Assembly (NCBI GenBank): GCA_018003655.1
Contig: JAGNDY010000003.1
Location: 4,728 to 68,727 of the forward strand
DNA from: Candidatus Nanopelagicales bacterium
GTDB taxonomy: Bacteria > Actinomycetota > Actinomycetes > S36-B12 > UBA10799
Reading direction: 5' to 3'
Length of the DNA: 64,000 nt
Positions 8,938 through 16,641 of the stretch are shown piece by piece (positions within the stretch are counted from its first letter, which is position 1; each line of letters begins with the position of its first letter). The notes under the pieces were generated by a model. The model was not told the DNA's origin and searched no databases. It saw only the letters and a list, made by a program, of their open reading frames with translations. The position numbers and the translations under genes were made by a program.

Positions 8938-10545
8938 TTAGAAGGGCGGAAGGTCCGGTGGGTCGGCACCGGCTGCGTCTGCCGCTCGTATCTCCGTTCG
9001 CCGGTCCGTTCGCTCCCGCGTCGGACGTTCCGCTGCGTCCGCCGGAGCGATTGCTGGCGTGAGGACTCGGTTGGGCGGCAGGACGTGGATCGAGCCATTG
9101 GGCGACTGCCAGGTGCACGAGCCATCGGCGCGCGACTGCAGGATCTTCCAGTTGCCAACTGTCTTGAGTCGATGATGTCGCCTGCACAGCGATCCCAAAT
9201 TCTGGGCCGACGTTGCGCCACCCTGTTCCCAAGCAATGGCGTGATCCTGGTCAGTGCTCCAAGCGTCTCTACTGCAGCCAGGGAATCGGCAGACCCCATC
9301 GCGCGCTGCCAAGTACTCACGCAGCCCGGCCGGTGGCGTGTACCTCGACCGGCCCAGGTCCAGCAGGTGGCCGGTGGTGGGGTCGGTGACCCACCGCTCC
9401 CATTGGGCATCCCGGGCGATTTGCCTGGCGACGTGCGCTGGGATCGGTCCGTATCCAGGTATCTCTGCTGGGTTGTCGGCGAGGCCGAGCAGCGTCGGCA
9501 GATCGACGACTGCGGCAATGCGGTTGCGTCCGACGGAGTCGTTCGCTCGCCTGTTTCCGGCGACGTGTCCGTGACCGTCCGCGGGGCCCGAGTTGGTGAG
9601 AGCCGCCATCAGCATGTCCGCGCGAAGTGAATCCAGCGTGATGTCGAGCATGGGCTCAGCGTTGGCCGATGAGCCGTCGAACCCGGTGGAGGCCCCCGGA
9701 CCGTCGAACCCGGTCGAGGCCCCCGGAGTGGAAGGGGTGGCGTCCGGCCCAGCGAAGTTCGTGCGAAGAAAATCCGCCTCGATGCGGGCGTTCCTGGTGA
9801 GCAAATCGTAGGCATTGCGGCCTTCCTCGACGGTGAGTGTGGCTTCCAGGAGGGCGATTCCGTGCGGCAATTCGAAGAGGTTCACACCTCGCTCCCGACG
9901 GGAAACGCGCGCCGCTTCGTTCGAGAGTCGGGTGTCAATCCTCGCGATAGCCCGACGGACACTGCGCCGTAACTCGTGTGGAGTCTGTTTCGGAGCCTTC
10001 GGCAGCACCAATTCCTCGAGCAGCCGCCGCGACTCCCGTGCCGATCGTGGTGGTGATGTCGGTGTGAGATTCACATTCCCGGAGGCTGCATCTGTTCGCG
10101 ACGCCGAACGCGGCATCGTTCGGGCCGATTGCGACCCGCAGGAGACATCAGTGTCGGTCTGCCAATCCGGGGGCAATTCCTCAGCGAGGATGCGGACTTT
10201 GGCAGAGGAGAGTTCGCCGCGCAGATGGTTCGTCAGGGTCCGGGGGAGGAATCGACTGATGGTGTCCGCTCGTTGCAAGTTGTTGGTCGCGGCGCGAGGG
10301 CTGATGTGGAGTTCGGCCGCCAGCTCGTCGGAGGCCGGGTTCTCGACGGTGCGGCCGGCGAGACGAATTGGGGTGTTGTCCTTGTCTGCGATTGCGGCGT
10401 GCAGTTCGAGGTTGCGGGCCTCCAGCGTCGCTAGTTCCTTTGCGTACCGCACCGCGAGCGCGACTCGGCCCGCTGGTGTAAGACGCCGTGGATCGACCGG
10501 TGTCGTCGTAGGCGGCTCAGCCGCAACAGGCGTATATTCGAACAT
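8938..10545 (-). CDS. DUF222 / HNH endonuclease domain protein (REP13E12-like family)
   Basis: 535 aa. The C-terminal HNH motif is CRFPGCSRDAWSTDQDHAIAWEQGGATSAQNLGSLCRRHHRLKTVGNW. The long helical N-terminal region is typical of actinobacterial DUF222 proteins. Confidence 0.85.
   Translation of the reverse strand: MFEYTPVAAEPPTTTPVDPRRLTPAGRVALAVRYAKELATLEARNLELHAAIADKDNTPIRLAGRTVENPASDELAAELHISPRAATNNLQRADTISRFLPRTLTNHLRGELSSAKVRILAEELPPDWQTDTDVSCGSQSARTMPRSASRTDAASGNVNLTPTSPPRSARESRRLLEELVLPKAPKQTPHELRRSVRRAIARIDTRLSNEAARVSRRERGVNLFELPHGIALLEATLTVEEGRNAYDLLTRNARIEADFLRTNFAGPDATPSTPGASTGFDGPGASTGFDGSSANAEPMLDITLDSLRADMLMAALTNSGPADGHGHVAGNRRANDSVGRNRIAAVVDLPTLLGLADNPAEIPGYGPIPAHVARQIARDAQWERWVTDPTTGHLLDLGRSRYTPPAGLREYLAARDGVCRFPGCSRDAWSTDQDHAIAWEQGGATSAQNLGSLCRRHHRLKTVGNWKILQSRADGSCTWQSPNGSIHVLPPNRVLTPAIAPADAAERPTRERTDRRTEIRAADAAGADPPDLPPF
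9674..9727. repeat. 27-bp tandem duplication (one mismatch) inside the HNH gene
   Basis: 9674-9700 CCGTCGAACCCGGTGGAGGCCCCCGGA and 9701-9727 CCGTCGAACCCGGTCGAGGCCCCCGGA. It is in frame and encodes PGASTGFDG twice on the minus strand. Confidence 0.95.
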
Positions 10546-10553
10546 GTGTTCGA
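10538..10553. promoter_or_regulatory. candidate LexA operator (SOS box)
   Basis: TCGAAC-ATGT-GTTCGA is a perfect match to the TCGAAC-N4-GTTCGA consensus. It overlaps the minus-strand ATG (10545-10543) of the HNH gene and touches a TAGGAT -10-like hexamer (10558-10553, minus strand). It lies 178 nt upstream of dinB. Confidence 0.6.
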
Positions 10554-10730
10554 TCCTAGCCGCCTACGGCGTCCCCAAACCGCAATCCACAGGACGAGTT
10601 TGCGCGCAATTGGACTCCACCCCGGCTCCCCGGATCTGGGCCGGAGTGACACGGCGACCCGTCGCTCGGGCAGCACCTCGCGGTCAACGCAACCGCGGCC
10701 ACGAAGGCTGCCCAAGGGCATGATGAACCC

Positions 10731-11966
10731 ATGACGAGTCGACAACTCGATCGTGGTTCTGCACCGCAGAACTGGGGAACCGACGACTCCGGCTGCAACA
10801 TCCTGCATGTCGACATGGATGCGTTCTTCGCATCGGTGGAGGTTCGAGACCGCCCGGAATTGCGTGGACTGCCGGTGGTGGTTGGTCGTGGCGAGGGTCG
10901 GGCAGTGGTGTTGTCGGCGACGTACGAGGCGCGGGCCCAGGGTGTTCATTCGGCTATGCCGGTCGGGATGGCACGCCGCGCATGTCCGGAGGCGATCTTC
11001 GTCGAGCCGACTCGTGGGAAGTACACCGCGGCCAGCGAGGCGGTCATGACCGTGCTCCGCCAGATGACGCCGATGGTCGAGGCCATCTCCGTCGACGAGG
11101 CATTCCTAGACGTACGCAGCGTGCGTGGTGCGATCGGTAGTCCCACCGAGATCGGCGTCGAGATCCGGCGCCGGATGGAGCAGGAACTTGGGCTGACCTG
11201 TTCGGTGGGGATCAGTTCAGTGACGATGGCAGCGAAGGCAGCGTCGACAATTTCGAAGCCCAATGGCCTGCTGGTCATTCCCGTCGAGGCTACGGTCCGA
11301 TTCCTGCACAGCCTCCACATTGGTCAACTCTGGGGGGTAGGGGAGAAGACGGAGAAGCAGCTGCGTTCCCTTGGGGTTGTCACGGTCGGTGACCTCGCCG
11401 CGATTCCGCAGACGCGCCTGGGTCACAGCATCGGGAAGGCCGCGAGCGCACGGTTGCTGCAGTTGGCCAACGGGCACGAGGTTCGGCCGGTCAACCAGAC
11501 CCGAGTTGACAAGTCGATTAGCTCCGAACACACCTTCGACAGCGACGTCGCAGATGACACCGTCATAGAGCGGGCCCTGCGGAACCAATCCCATGAACTC
11601 GCCCGTCGACTGCGTGCCGCGGATGTGGTTGCCGGCGTTGTCGCGGTGAAGGTGCGATACGACGATTTCAGCACGGTTAGCAGATCCCACACCCTTGCCG
11701 CCACGACGGATGTCGCTGCGGAAATTTTCGATGCGGTTCGACCCATGTGGGCCTCGCTGCGCGAAGACGGCCGACCGGTGCGGTTGGTGGGAGTCAGAGT
11801 GGAGCGACTCCAAGACGGCGACCAAGCGGGCCGCCAACTGACCCTCGATGACCGGCAGGAGGAGCAGGCGAAGACCGAGCAGCTAGCTGAGATGGTGAGT
11901 GCCAAGTTCGGCAAGGATGTCGTGCGCTCGGCCCGAATGTTGAAAAGTCATGACCCAGATCGGTAA
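10731..11966 (+). CDS. dinB: DNA polymerase IV (Y-family translesion polymerase)
   Basis: ILHVDMDAFFASVEVRDRPELRGLPVVVG, SVDEAFLDV and the little-finger region; 411 aa. Confidence 0.9.
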   Translation: MTSRQLDRGSAPQNWGTDDSGCNILHVDMDAFFASVEVRDRPELRGLPVVVGRGEGRAVVLSATYEARAQGVHSAMPVGMARRACPEAIFVEPTRGKYTAASEAVMTVLRQMTPMVEAISVDEAFLDVRSVRGAIGSPTEIGVEIRRRMEQELGLTCSVGISSVTMAAKAASTISKPNGLLVIPVEATVRFLHSLHIGQLWGVGEKTEKQLRSLGVVTVGDLAAIPQTRLGHSIGKAASARLLQLANGHEVRPVNQTRVDKSISSEHTFDSDVADDTVIERALRNQSHELARRLRAADVVAGVVAVKVRYDDFSTVSRSHTLAATTDVAAEIFDAVRPMWASLREDGRPVRLVGVRVERLQDGDQAGRQLTLDDRQEEQAKTEQLAEMVSAKFGKDVVRSARMLKSHDPDR

Positions 11967-12009
11967 ATCGGCTGACCTTCCGGTTGCACATTGCGCGAAC
12001 ATGCATATC

Positions 12010-12025
12010 CTGTGTCTAGACACAG
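12010..12025. promoter_or_regulatory. perfect 16-bp palindrome CTGTGTCTAGACACAG
   Basis: Read directly and self-complementary. It lies 44 nt after the dinB stop and 54 nt before the DUF3040 start, and is followed by TTGTGTGT. It could be either an operator or a weak dinB terminator. Confidence 0.3.
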
Positions 12026-12078
12026 TTGTGTGTCGCCGACGCCACCCATGTCGGGTATTCACACCGAAGGGGGTTCCA

Positions 12079-12486
12079 GTGCCTCTGTCAGAGCATGAAC
12101 AACGGCTGCTCGAGCAGATGGAGCGTGCGCTGCATGCTGAAGACCCCCGCTTGGCCTCGGCACTACGTACTGGCTCAGGACGCTCGGTCAACGGCCGACG
12201 CATTGCCCTCGGCTCGCTCACCCTGATCGTCGGTTTGAGCGGACTCCTCGGCGGAGTCATCACCTCGTTGGCGGTCTTGGGTGTTGTCGGGTTCCTCGTC
12301 ATGCTCGGTGGTGTGCTGGTAATTGGATCGGCTCTGCGCGAGCCCAAGAAGCAAACTCAGGAAGCGTCGGGTTCGGCGGGATCCAAGCCATCTCGCGGTA
12401 AGTCAAAATCTGCAGCCGGATCCTCGGGGTTCATGTCAAAGGTCGAGGAACGCTGGCGCAAGCGACGCGAAGGTGAAGGGCTCTAA
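12079..12486 (+). CDS. DUF3040-like small membrane protein
   Basis: Starts VPLSEHEQRLLEQMERALHAEDPRLASALR, followed by two TM helices and a basic tail. GTG 12079 is preceded by GAAGGGGG. Confidence 0.7.
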   Translation: MPLSEHEQRLLEQMERALHAEDPRLASALRTGSGRSVNGRRIALGSLTLIVGLSGLLGGVITSLAVLGVVGFLVMLGGVLVIGSALREPKKQTQEASGSAGSKPSRGKSKSAAGSSGFMSKVEERWRKRREGEGL

Positions 12487-13381
12487 GCTGCCCGCGATTC
12501 AGCTCGCTGATCAACTCCCCGGTCCCATTGCATACGTCCTAGCTGGTGGCGCATCCTATGGAGCCGTTCAGGTCGGCCAGTTGCGCGCGTTAGCGCGAAC
12601 CGACATCCGTCCAGATTTTGTCGTGGGAACTTCCGTCGGCGCGCTCAATGGCGCTGTGGTCGCCGAAGATCCGGACTTAGCCGCCGACCGACTCGCAGCG
12701 TTGTGGTCGAGTGTCACGCGGGAGATGGTGTTCGGGAAGATCTCGTCGACAGCGTTCCGAATGGTTCAAGGTGAACCGGCGGCTGTTGACAGCGAGTCGT
12801 TGCGGCTGTTCATCGAATCGGCGATGGTGTCGAGGGACTTCGCCGATCTGAAGATTCCACACACTGCTGTCACCACTGACTTCGATACCGGTGAGGTCGT
12901 GCCGCTAAGGCAAGGTGACCTCCTGTCGGCCGTCATGGCAAGTGCGGCGATCCCCGCCGTCTTTCCCCATGTGGAACGTGACGGGCGGATCCTGGTTGAT
13001 GGGGGAGTCGTTGCCAACGTCCCCATCAGTGTTGCCGCGGAGCAGGGTGCCGAGACCTTTGTCGTCCTCGACTGTGGATTCACACTGGTCGCCGCCCAGC
13101 GTGACGACACTTTCTTCAGCAACATCATGCGAATGGCCGCGATCATGGCTGCCCAGCAGGTTAAGCGGGATCTGGAGAAGGTTGCCAGCAAGACCGTGCT
13201 CTATTTGCCCGGACCGTGGCCCATCGCGACCCGTCCGGACAACTTTAAACGGAGCCAGGAACTCGCTGCCGCTGCCTATGAGCTCTCGTTGGGCTGGCTT
13301 CAGTCACTGGAGATCGCCGGACCTGGCCGGTACGGCAGCGCCCCCGCCGACTGGTTGACCAGTCCTGTTCGCTCCGAGTGA
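12473..13381 (+). CDS. patatin-like phospholipase
   Basis: Oxyanion region YVLAGGASYGAVQVG, the GTSVG nucleophile elbow (GxSxG) and a downstream DGG motif (LVDGGVVANVP). The start is uncertain; GTG 12473 is the last start before the conserved core. Confidence 0.8.
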   Translation: MKGSKLPAIQLADQLPGPIAYVLAGGASYGAVQVGQLRALARTDIRPDFVVGTSVGALNGAVVAEDPDLAADRLAALWSSVTREMVFGKISSTAFRMVQGEPAAVDSESLRLFIESAMVSRDFADLKIPHTAVTTDFDTGEVVPLRQGDLLSAVMASAAIPAVFPHVERDGRILVDGGVVANVPISVAAEQGAETFVVLDCGFTLVAAQRDDTFFSNIMRMAAIMAAQQVKRDLEKVASKTVLYLPGPWPIATRPDNFKRSQELAAAAYELSLGWLQSLEIAGPGRYGSAPADWLTSPVRSE

Positions 13382-13490
13382 TCGTTCCCACCTGCAAAGA
13401 CCCCGAGGAACTCGCGGGGCGCCTGGTGGGCGAGGATTTGCTTGCTTCTGTTTGATGTTCGTCAAGAATCCACTCGAAAGGTGCCTGCAC

Positions 13491-14027
13491 GTGACTGTTC
13501 ATCCTGCCCAACTCGGCCGCTTCCTCGACGACTTCGAAGTTGGCGACGTGTACCAGCACCCGTTCGGGCGCACCATTTCCGAGGCCGACTCGACATGGTT
13601 CACGTTGTTGACGTGCAACACCAACCAGAATCACTTCAACGCGCACCTTGCCGAATCCAACCCGATCACGGGTGGACGGATCATCGTCAACTCTGGATTC
13701 ACGGTGGCCTTGGTGCTCGGGCTGTCGGTGATTGACATGAGCCAGAACGCGGTTGCCAATCTTGGGTGGACCGACATCAAGCTGACCCACCCTGTGTATG
13801 TCGGCGACACTCTCTACGCAGAGTCGATTTGCCTGGACAAACGCGAGTCGGCCAAGCGACCCACCATGGGCATCATCACTATGAAGACCCGCGCACTCAA
13901 TCAGCACGGCGATGAGGTCGTGTCCTACAAGCGCTCAGTGATGGTGCCCAAACGCGAATCTGGCATTGGGCAGGATTATTTCCCCGCCGCCAAGAACGGT
14001 CCGCTGGAACTTCCTGACGAGGGCTGA
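13491..14027 (+). CDS. MaoC-like (R)-hydratase / dehydratase hot-dog fold protein
   Basis: FEVGDVYQHPFGRTISEADSTWFTLLTCNTNQNHFN and GFTVALVLGLSV are typical of MaoC-family dehydratases. GTG 13491 is preceded by GAAAGG; the ORF could start at 13452. Confidence 0.75.
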   Translation: MTVHPAQLGRFLDDFEVGDVYQHPFGRTISEADSTWFTLLTCNTNQNHFNAHLAESNPITGGRIIVNSGFTVALVLGLSVIDMSQNAVANLGWTDIKLTHPVYVGDTLYAESICLDKRESAKRPTMGIITMKTRALNQHGDEVVSYKRSVMVPKRESGIGQDYFPAAKNGPLELPDEG

Positions 14028-14049
14028 CCCACAGTCCGTTTCGCACGTC

Positions 14050-14088
14050 GCAGCCCGGAGAGTCGATTCGTTCGATCCTCCGGGCTGC
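14050..14088 (+). terminator. strong stem-loop after the MaoC gene, upstream of mraZ
   Basis: Perfect 11-bp inverted repeat GCAGCCCGGAG (14050-14060) / CTCCGGGCTGC (14078-14088). Inside the loop TCGA/TCGA can pair further. It is followed by TGCGTTGG. Confidence 0.45.
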
Positions 14089-14124
14089 TGCGTTGGACCT
14101 GATTGAGCATGACTCTGGGTGATC

Positions 14125-14178
14125 GTGGCCGGAAGTGGCCCCTAGGGGTTGATGGTGGAGGAAAAGGGAGTACGGTGG
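14125..14178 (+). promoter_or_regulatory. candidate MraZ operator: GTGG repeats in 10-bp phase
   Basis: GTGG occurs at 14125, 14135, 14155 and 14175. Degenerate GGGG at 14145 and AGGG at 14165 keep the same register. The array ends 44 nt before the mraZ ATG. Confidence 0.4.
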
Positions 14179-14221
14179 GGGGCGAACTGCTCGAACAGCG
14201 ACCCAAGGGGAGGTGGGGACG

Positions 14222-14653
14222 ATGTTCCTTGGTACCCATTCCCCGCGCCTGGATGACAAGGGCCGCCTTGTTCTGCCTGCCAAGTTCCGTGACGGATTGG
14301 CCGACGGGGTAGTCCTTTCCAAGGGCCAGGATCGGTCTGTGGTCGTGTGGCCCGCCGAGGAATTCGGCGAGTACGCCGCCAGGATTCGCGAGGCATCGCG
14401 CACCGATGCGCGTGCGCGGGCCTATTCGCGAGTGTTGTTCTCGGCGGCGTCCGACGAAGTTCCAGACAAGCAAGGGCGGATCAGCATCCCATCGCAACTG
14501 CGCGACTATGCCGGCCTGGATCGCGAATGCATTGTCGTCGGAAATCACGCAACGATCGAAATCTGGAATCCCCAGGCATGGGATAGCTACCTCGCTGCGC
14601 AAGAACCTGAGTTTGCCGACTTGTCCGAGGAGGTGGTCCCCGGACTCTTCTGA
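14222..14653 (+). CDS. mraZ: transcriptional regulator MraZ
   Basis: MFLGTHSPRLDDKGRLVLPAKFRD and a second SpoVT/AbrB-like repeat (DKQGRISIPSQLRDYAGL); 143 aa. Confidence 0.92.
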   Translation: MFLGTHSPRLDDKGRLVLPAKFRDGLADGVVLSKGQDRSVVVWPAEEFGEYAARIREASRTDARARAYSRVLFSAASDEVPDKQGRISIPSQLRDYAGLDRECIVVGNHATIEIWNPQAWDSYLAAQEPEFADLSEEVVPGLF

Positions 14654-14896
14654 CCCGTTCACCCAGGCCCCTGCCCGCCCAATGACGTTATCGTTTCGGG
14701 TCACCTTCCCCGGCCCCGAAGCGAGTTGCCCGGCGATCTTCCCCGACGCCGGGACCGCAGTGCGGGCGGGGACCTGGCTGAATGATTCGGTCGATGGTGC
14801 TCGGATTCCAATAGCCCAGACCACATCCGCGAACTCAAGCTCGCGCACTTCACCCAAACCTGAACCGGCCAGTCACTTCGCCGAAGGGAGGCCGCC

Positions 14897-15838
14897 ATGC
14901 ACGTACCCGTAATGCTCGACCGGTGCATCGAACTGATGGCGCCTGCCCTGGCAGCTGAGGGTGCCCAGATGGTCGACGCGACGCTGGGGCTCGGCGGCCA
15001 TGCCGAGGCGTACCTCGACCGGTACCCCAATATTCGTCTGCTGGGCGTCGATCGCGACCCCAGCGCACTCGCTGCGTCAGCGGAGCGCCTGGCCCGGTTT
15101 GGAACCCGCGTGACCCTCGTTCAGGGTGTTCACGAGGAGCTTGCGACCGTCCTGGACGACAACTGCCCGGGGGGCATCAACGGGATCCTGTTCGACCTTG
15201 GCGTTTCCAGCATGCAACTCGATCGGCCGGAACGTGGATTCTCCTACGCCCGCCAGGCGCCGCTTGACATGCGCATGAATCCGGCCGACGAGCTGACGGC
15301 GGCGATCATCGTCAACGAGTACCCCGAGGCCGAGCTGGTGCGCGTGCTTCGCCACTACGGCGAGGAGAAGAGCGCAAAGCGAATCGCTGCGGCCATCTGC
15401 GCCCGGCGAGCTCAGTCTCCGCTGACAACCACAACCGAGCTCGCAGACGTAGTTCGCGGTGCCATACCTGCGGCACTCAAGCGGACCGGCGGCAATCCGG
15501 CAAAGCGGACATTCCAGGCCCTGCGTATCGAAATCAACCGGGAGTTGCAGGGTTTGCCAGCAGCCCTTGACGCTGCGATTGCCGCGCTCATCGTGGGTGG
15601 CCGGATCGCCGCATTGGCGTATCACTCGTTGGAGGACAGGATCGTCAAGCAACGGTTTGCGCGCCAGGCGAAGGTGACGGCCCCCGACAGACTGCCTGTG
15701 ATTCCGGCCGACGCGCGGCCTTCGTTGCGCCTGCTAACCCGGGGTGCGGAGGTACCGTCTGAGGCAGAAGTCGCGGAGAATCCCCGCGCAGCGTCCGCCA
15801 GGCTACGAGCCGCTGAGCGTGTGAGGGAGGCAGCATGA
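14897..15838 (+). CDS. rsmH: 16S rRNA (cytosine1402-N4)-methyltransferase
   Basis: HVPVMLDRCIELM, DATLGLGGHAE, GILFDLGVSSMQLD and YHSLEDRIVK. Confidence 0.93.
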   Translation: MHVPVMLDRCIELMAPALAAEGAQMVDATLGLGGHAEAYLDRYPNIRLLGVDRDPSALAASAERLARFGTRVTLVQGVHEELATVLDDNCPGGINGILFDLGVSSMQLDRPERGFSYARQAPLDMRMNPADELTAAIIVNEYPEAELVRVLRHYGEEKSAKRIAAAICARRAQSPLTTTTELADVVRGAIPAALKRTGGNPAKRTFQALRIEINRELQGLPAALDAAIAALIVGGRIAALAYHSLEDRIVKQRFARQAKVTAPDRLPVIPADARPSLRLLTRGAEVPSEAEVAENPRAASARLRAAERVREAA

Positions 15839-16641
15839 CCGCGGTGCCCCACGAGGGTCTTCGCCGTGCGCCCCGTCGCCCTCGGCCGGGGGCGCGCGTA
15901 GTGAGGCCCGGCGGAGCAACGTCACGGTCGGGTGCGCCGAACGTTGGTGGCCCGGTTCTGAGTGCTTCCGCGGCGTCGGCGTCCGTGTCGGCAGGGGTTG
16001 CGGCGCCCTCGTGGTCCGGCGATGTCCTCGCGGGCAACAAAATCCGGCTCGTTCTCGCCGGTCGACGTCTGCGAATGGGCAGTGGCGCGTTCGTGCTATT
16101 TGTCCTGGGATCGCTGACAATGACGCTGATTGTGCTGCTCTTCCTCAATACCTCGCTTGCCGAGGACAGTTTCCGATTGCTGAACGTTCGGCAAGCCTCG
16201 AAGGACCTCACGATTCGGGAACAGACCCTCAGTGAGCAGTTGGCCGCCGCGGAATCGCCCGTGGGGCTTGAGCAACGCGCCCGCGATCTGGGGATGGTCC
16301 CTGCCGGCAGCCCGCTGTTCCTGCGCCTGTCCGATGGCAAGATCCTTGGTCAGTCCAACCCCGCGTTGGCGCCCCCGGCGCCGAAGGCCAAGAAGGCCAA
16401 GCCCAAACCAGCCGACTCGGCAGCAGGCGGAGCCACGGCCGCTGGCGGCGAGACTCCAGTTGACGGTCAGACCGGCTTCTCCGGTGGCATCGGCGGAGAG
16501 ACGCCGGTGGGGGTCTCAACTCAGTGGACTGACAGTGGCGAAATCATTGACCCCACCACCGGTCGGCCGATGTTGCCCGCGCCAACCACCGCGCCCGGCG
16601 GTGAGCAGTCCGTGGGGCTGATTCCGAGCGGAGCACGGTGA
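15835..16641 (+). CDS. ftsL: FtsL-like cell division protein
   Basis: It sits between rsmH and ftsI. It has an Arg-rich N-terminus, a single TM (FVLFVLGSLTMTLIVLLFLN), a coiled-coil segment and a Pro/Gly/Ala-rich tail. ATGA overlap with rsmH. Confidence 0.6.
   Translation: MTAVPHEGLRRAPRRPRPGARVVRPGGATSRSGAPNVGGPVLSASAASASVSAGVAAPSWSGDVLAGNKIRLVLAGRRLRMGSGAFVLFVLGSLTMTLIVLLFLNTSLAEDSFRLLNVRQASKDLTIREQTLSEQLAAAESPVGLEQRARDLGMVPAGSPLFLRLSDGKILGQSNPALAPPAPKAKKAKPKPADSAAGGATAAGGETPVDGQTGFSGGIGGETPVGVSTQWTDSGEIIDPTTGRPMLPAPTTAPGGEQSVGLIPSGAR

Noticed and set aside
8892-10730. DUF222-HNH gene as a bounded mobile element or insertion sequence
   Set aside because: I could find no terminal inverted repeats, target-site duplication, transposase, integrase or flanking tRNA. 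GC content and codon bias look like the rest of the window. I therefore report it as an accessory nuclease gene and not as a mobile element.
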